Part shown: positions 62,691 to 64,000 of the stretch, piece after piece
Layout: each line of letters starts with the position of its first letter
Position numbering within the stretch: the first letter of the stretch is position 1
From: Carcharhinus longimanus
Taxonomy: Eukaryota
Reading direction: 5' to 3'
Length of the DNA: 64,000 nt
Assembly: GCA_030264375.1 (NCBI GenBank)
Contig: JASCQW010000098.1
Coordinates: 45,550,077-45,614,076 of the forward strand
The notes under the pieces: model-generated
What the model was told of the DNA's origin: nothing
The model's input: the letters and a program-made list of their open reading frames with translations, nothing else
The model's database searches: none
Translations under genes and position numbers: made by a program

Positions 62691-63159
62691 TTTAACTCCT
62701 TGGTGGCTTGTATTTTGTTTTGTGAAGTGCCTTAGGACATTTTATTATGTTAAAGGTACTATGTAAAAGTGTTGAACAGTTCAGCTTGTGACACTTCACT
62801 GCTCTTCCTCTAAATGTTTTAGTGTTTCCCTTGTGCATGATACTCAGGTTGATCTGACCAGATTACTGTATGGTTTGATCATGATTCTCTTGTTTTTGCT
62901 AGATAGTTCAACTCTCTATTAGTTTTGTTGATTGTTGCTGTGTATTGGTTAGACATGTTGTGTCAAATCTACTTAGTCGACTCATAAATCTCCTTCCACT
63001 TCATATCAAGTTTTCCAACATCATCATGGAGTACAGAAACTGCCCATTCTTCTTTTGTTCTGCAGTCATTTACATTTACCTGCGTTGAATTTGATCAGTC
63101 ATTGTTCTGCCCACAGATGGATTGTTTTGCGATGCATTGTATGACTTCTGAGTAGTCAG

Positions 63160-63409
63160 CTGTGGTACTATGGTTCAGTTAGTAACTTCATTGCCTTTGG
63201 AATCAGTAGATTTGACATGCCAGAGACTCGAGTGCAAGATCTCAGTTGGCTGTCCAGTGCAGTACTGAAGGAGTGCTGCATTATTCATCTTTCAGATGAA
63301 ACATTAAAAGAGACCCTACTGTTCTTTCTGGTTGGTGTAAACAATTCTGGGATATTGTTTCGAAGAAGAGAAATAGGGTTATCCCTTCTGTCCTGGCAAA
63401 TATTTACTG
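63160..63409 (+). mobile_element. DeuSINE, interrupted by the Penelope insertion
   Basis: cagtgcagtactgaaggagtgctgca..tttcagatgaaacattaaa..ttcgaagaagag. Confidence 0.75.
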
Positions 63410-63468
63410 CGGTAAGAAGTCTCACAACACCAGGTTAAAGTCCAACAGGTTTATTTGGTAGCAAATGC

Positions 63469-63503
63469 CGCAAGCTTTCGGGGCTCTGCCCTTTCATCAG
63501 GTG
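63469..63503 (-). ncRNA. Minimal type I hammerhead ribozyme motif
   Basis: cac-CUGAUGA-a-agggc-aga-gcccc-GAAA-gcUU; core intact, helix I and II each carry a mismatch. Confidence 0.65.
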
Positions 63504-63908
63504 AGTGGGAAGTTCTGATCACAGGGCATATAAAGGCACACACTCAGTTTAAAAAGCAGACAAGATACCAAAAGGACTACAGATCACGAACCCACTCAGG
63601 TCAACCTGTGACACAGATTCACATTGTCTGCACCTTTAAGACTTGATTGGCTGTAAAGACTCACNNNNNNNNNNNNNNNNNNNNNNNNNNNNNNNNNNNN
63701 NNNNNNNNNNNNNNNNNNNNNNNNNNNNNNNNNNNNNNNNNNNNNNNNNNNNNNNNNNNNNNNNNNNNNNNNNNNNNNNNNNNNNNNNNNNNNNNNNNNN
63801 NNNNNNNNNNNNNNNNNNNNNNNNNNNNNNNNNNTCACATTCTAATCAGTTTTCTGTAAACTGAGTGTGTGTTTTTATATGCCCTGTTTGTGATCAGAAC
63901 TTCCCTCT

Positions 63909-63943
63909 CACCTGACAAAGGGGCAGAGCCCTGAAAGCTAGGG
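63909..63943 (+). ncRNA. Degenerate minimal hammerhead motif
   Basis: cac-CUGACAA-a-ggggc-aga-gcccu-GAAA-gcUA; G8 mutated to A, so likely inactive. Confidence 0.55.
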
Positions 63944-64000
63944 CATTTGCTACCAAATAATCCTGTTGGACTTTACCTGGTGTTGTGAGACTTCTTACTG

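Larger units (their letters stand above)
60060..62780 (+). mobile_element. L2 LINE, decayed ORF2 and tail, with nested SINEs
   Basis: LSVAFDMVEHTIL, VPQESILGPFLF, ADDT, LDYSSVLLAGLP..LQKL motifs; L2 tail at 62715-62770. Confidence 0.75.
1028..64000 (+). other. Intron 1 of the MAML gene (extends beyond the window)
   Basis: Begins GTAAGT; no LQxxxKRK-type exon 2 recognised downstream; vertebrate MAML2/3 have very long first introns. Confidence 0.65.
63410..64000. mobile_element. Penelope-like element: inverted terminal repeats (63410-63551 and 63857-64000)
   Basis: The ~140-bp arms are near reverse complements; each carries a hammerhead motif; centre is partly a gap. Confidence 0.85.

Noticed and set aside
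1-64000. CRISPR arrays, operons, rRNA or other prokaryotic systems
   Set aside because: None seen; the sequence is vertebrate intronic DNA

Overview
Eukaryotic, not prokaryotic: the repeat content (HE1/V-SINEs, HER1/CR1 LINEs, SacSINE1-like DeuSINEs) points to a shark/elasmobranch genome. The window holds the 5' end of a mastermind-like Notch co-activator gene on the + strand. This comprises a CpG-rich promoter, a 5' UTR with three uORFs, and a coding exon 1 (692-1027, MGDYNMPTNPKH[gap]EQPPAPNAPTEHRNLTLIA|gtaagt) whose central basic domain lies in an assembly gap. MAML2 is the best guess, but MAML3/MAMLD1 are not excluded. The remaining ~63 kb is intron 1; I found no exon 2. The intron is packed with decayed mobile DNA. 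The most unusual items are: (1) a CR1-group LINE with a tRNA-like pol III head directly upstream of its endonuclease (no visible ORF1), plus four short copies made of its two ends; (2) a decayed Ty1/Copia (GalEa-like) element with both LTRs, tRNA-iMet PBS, PPT and 5-bp TSD, nested in an RTE LINE and carrying a MITE; (3) inverted Penelope-like terminal repeats with minimal hammerhead ribozymes; (4) a near-perfect 96-nt hairpin; (5) several repeat-free CpG-retaining candidate enhancers. All calls are by eye; repeat boundaries are approximate unless a TSD is quoted.
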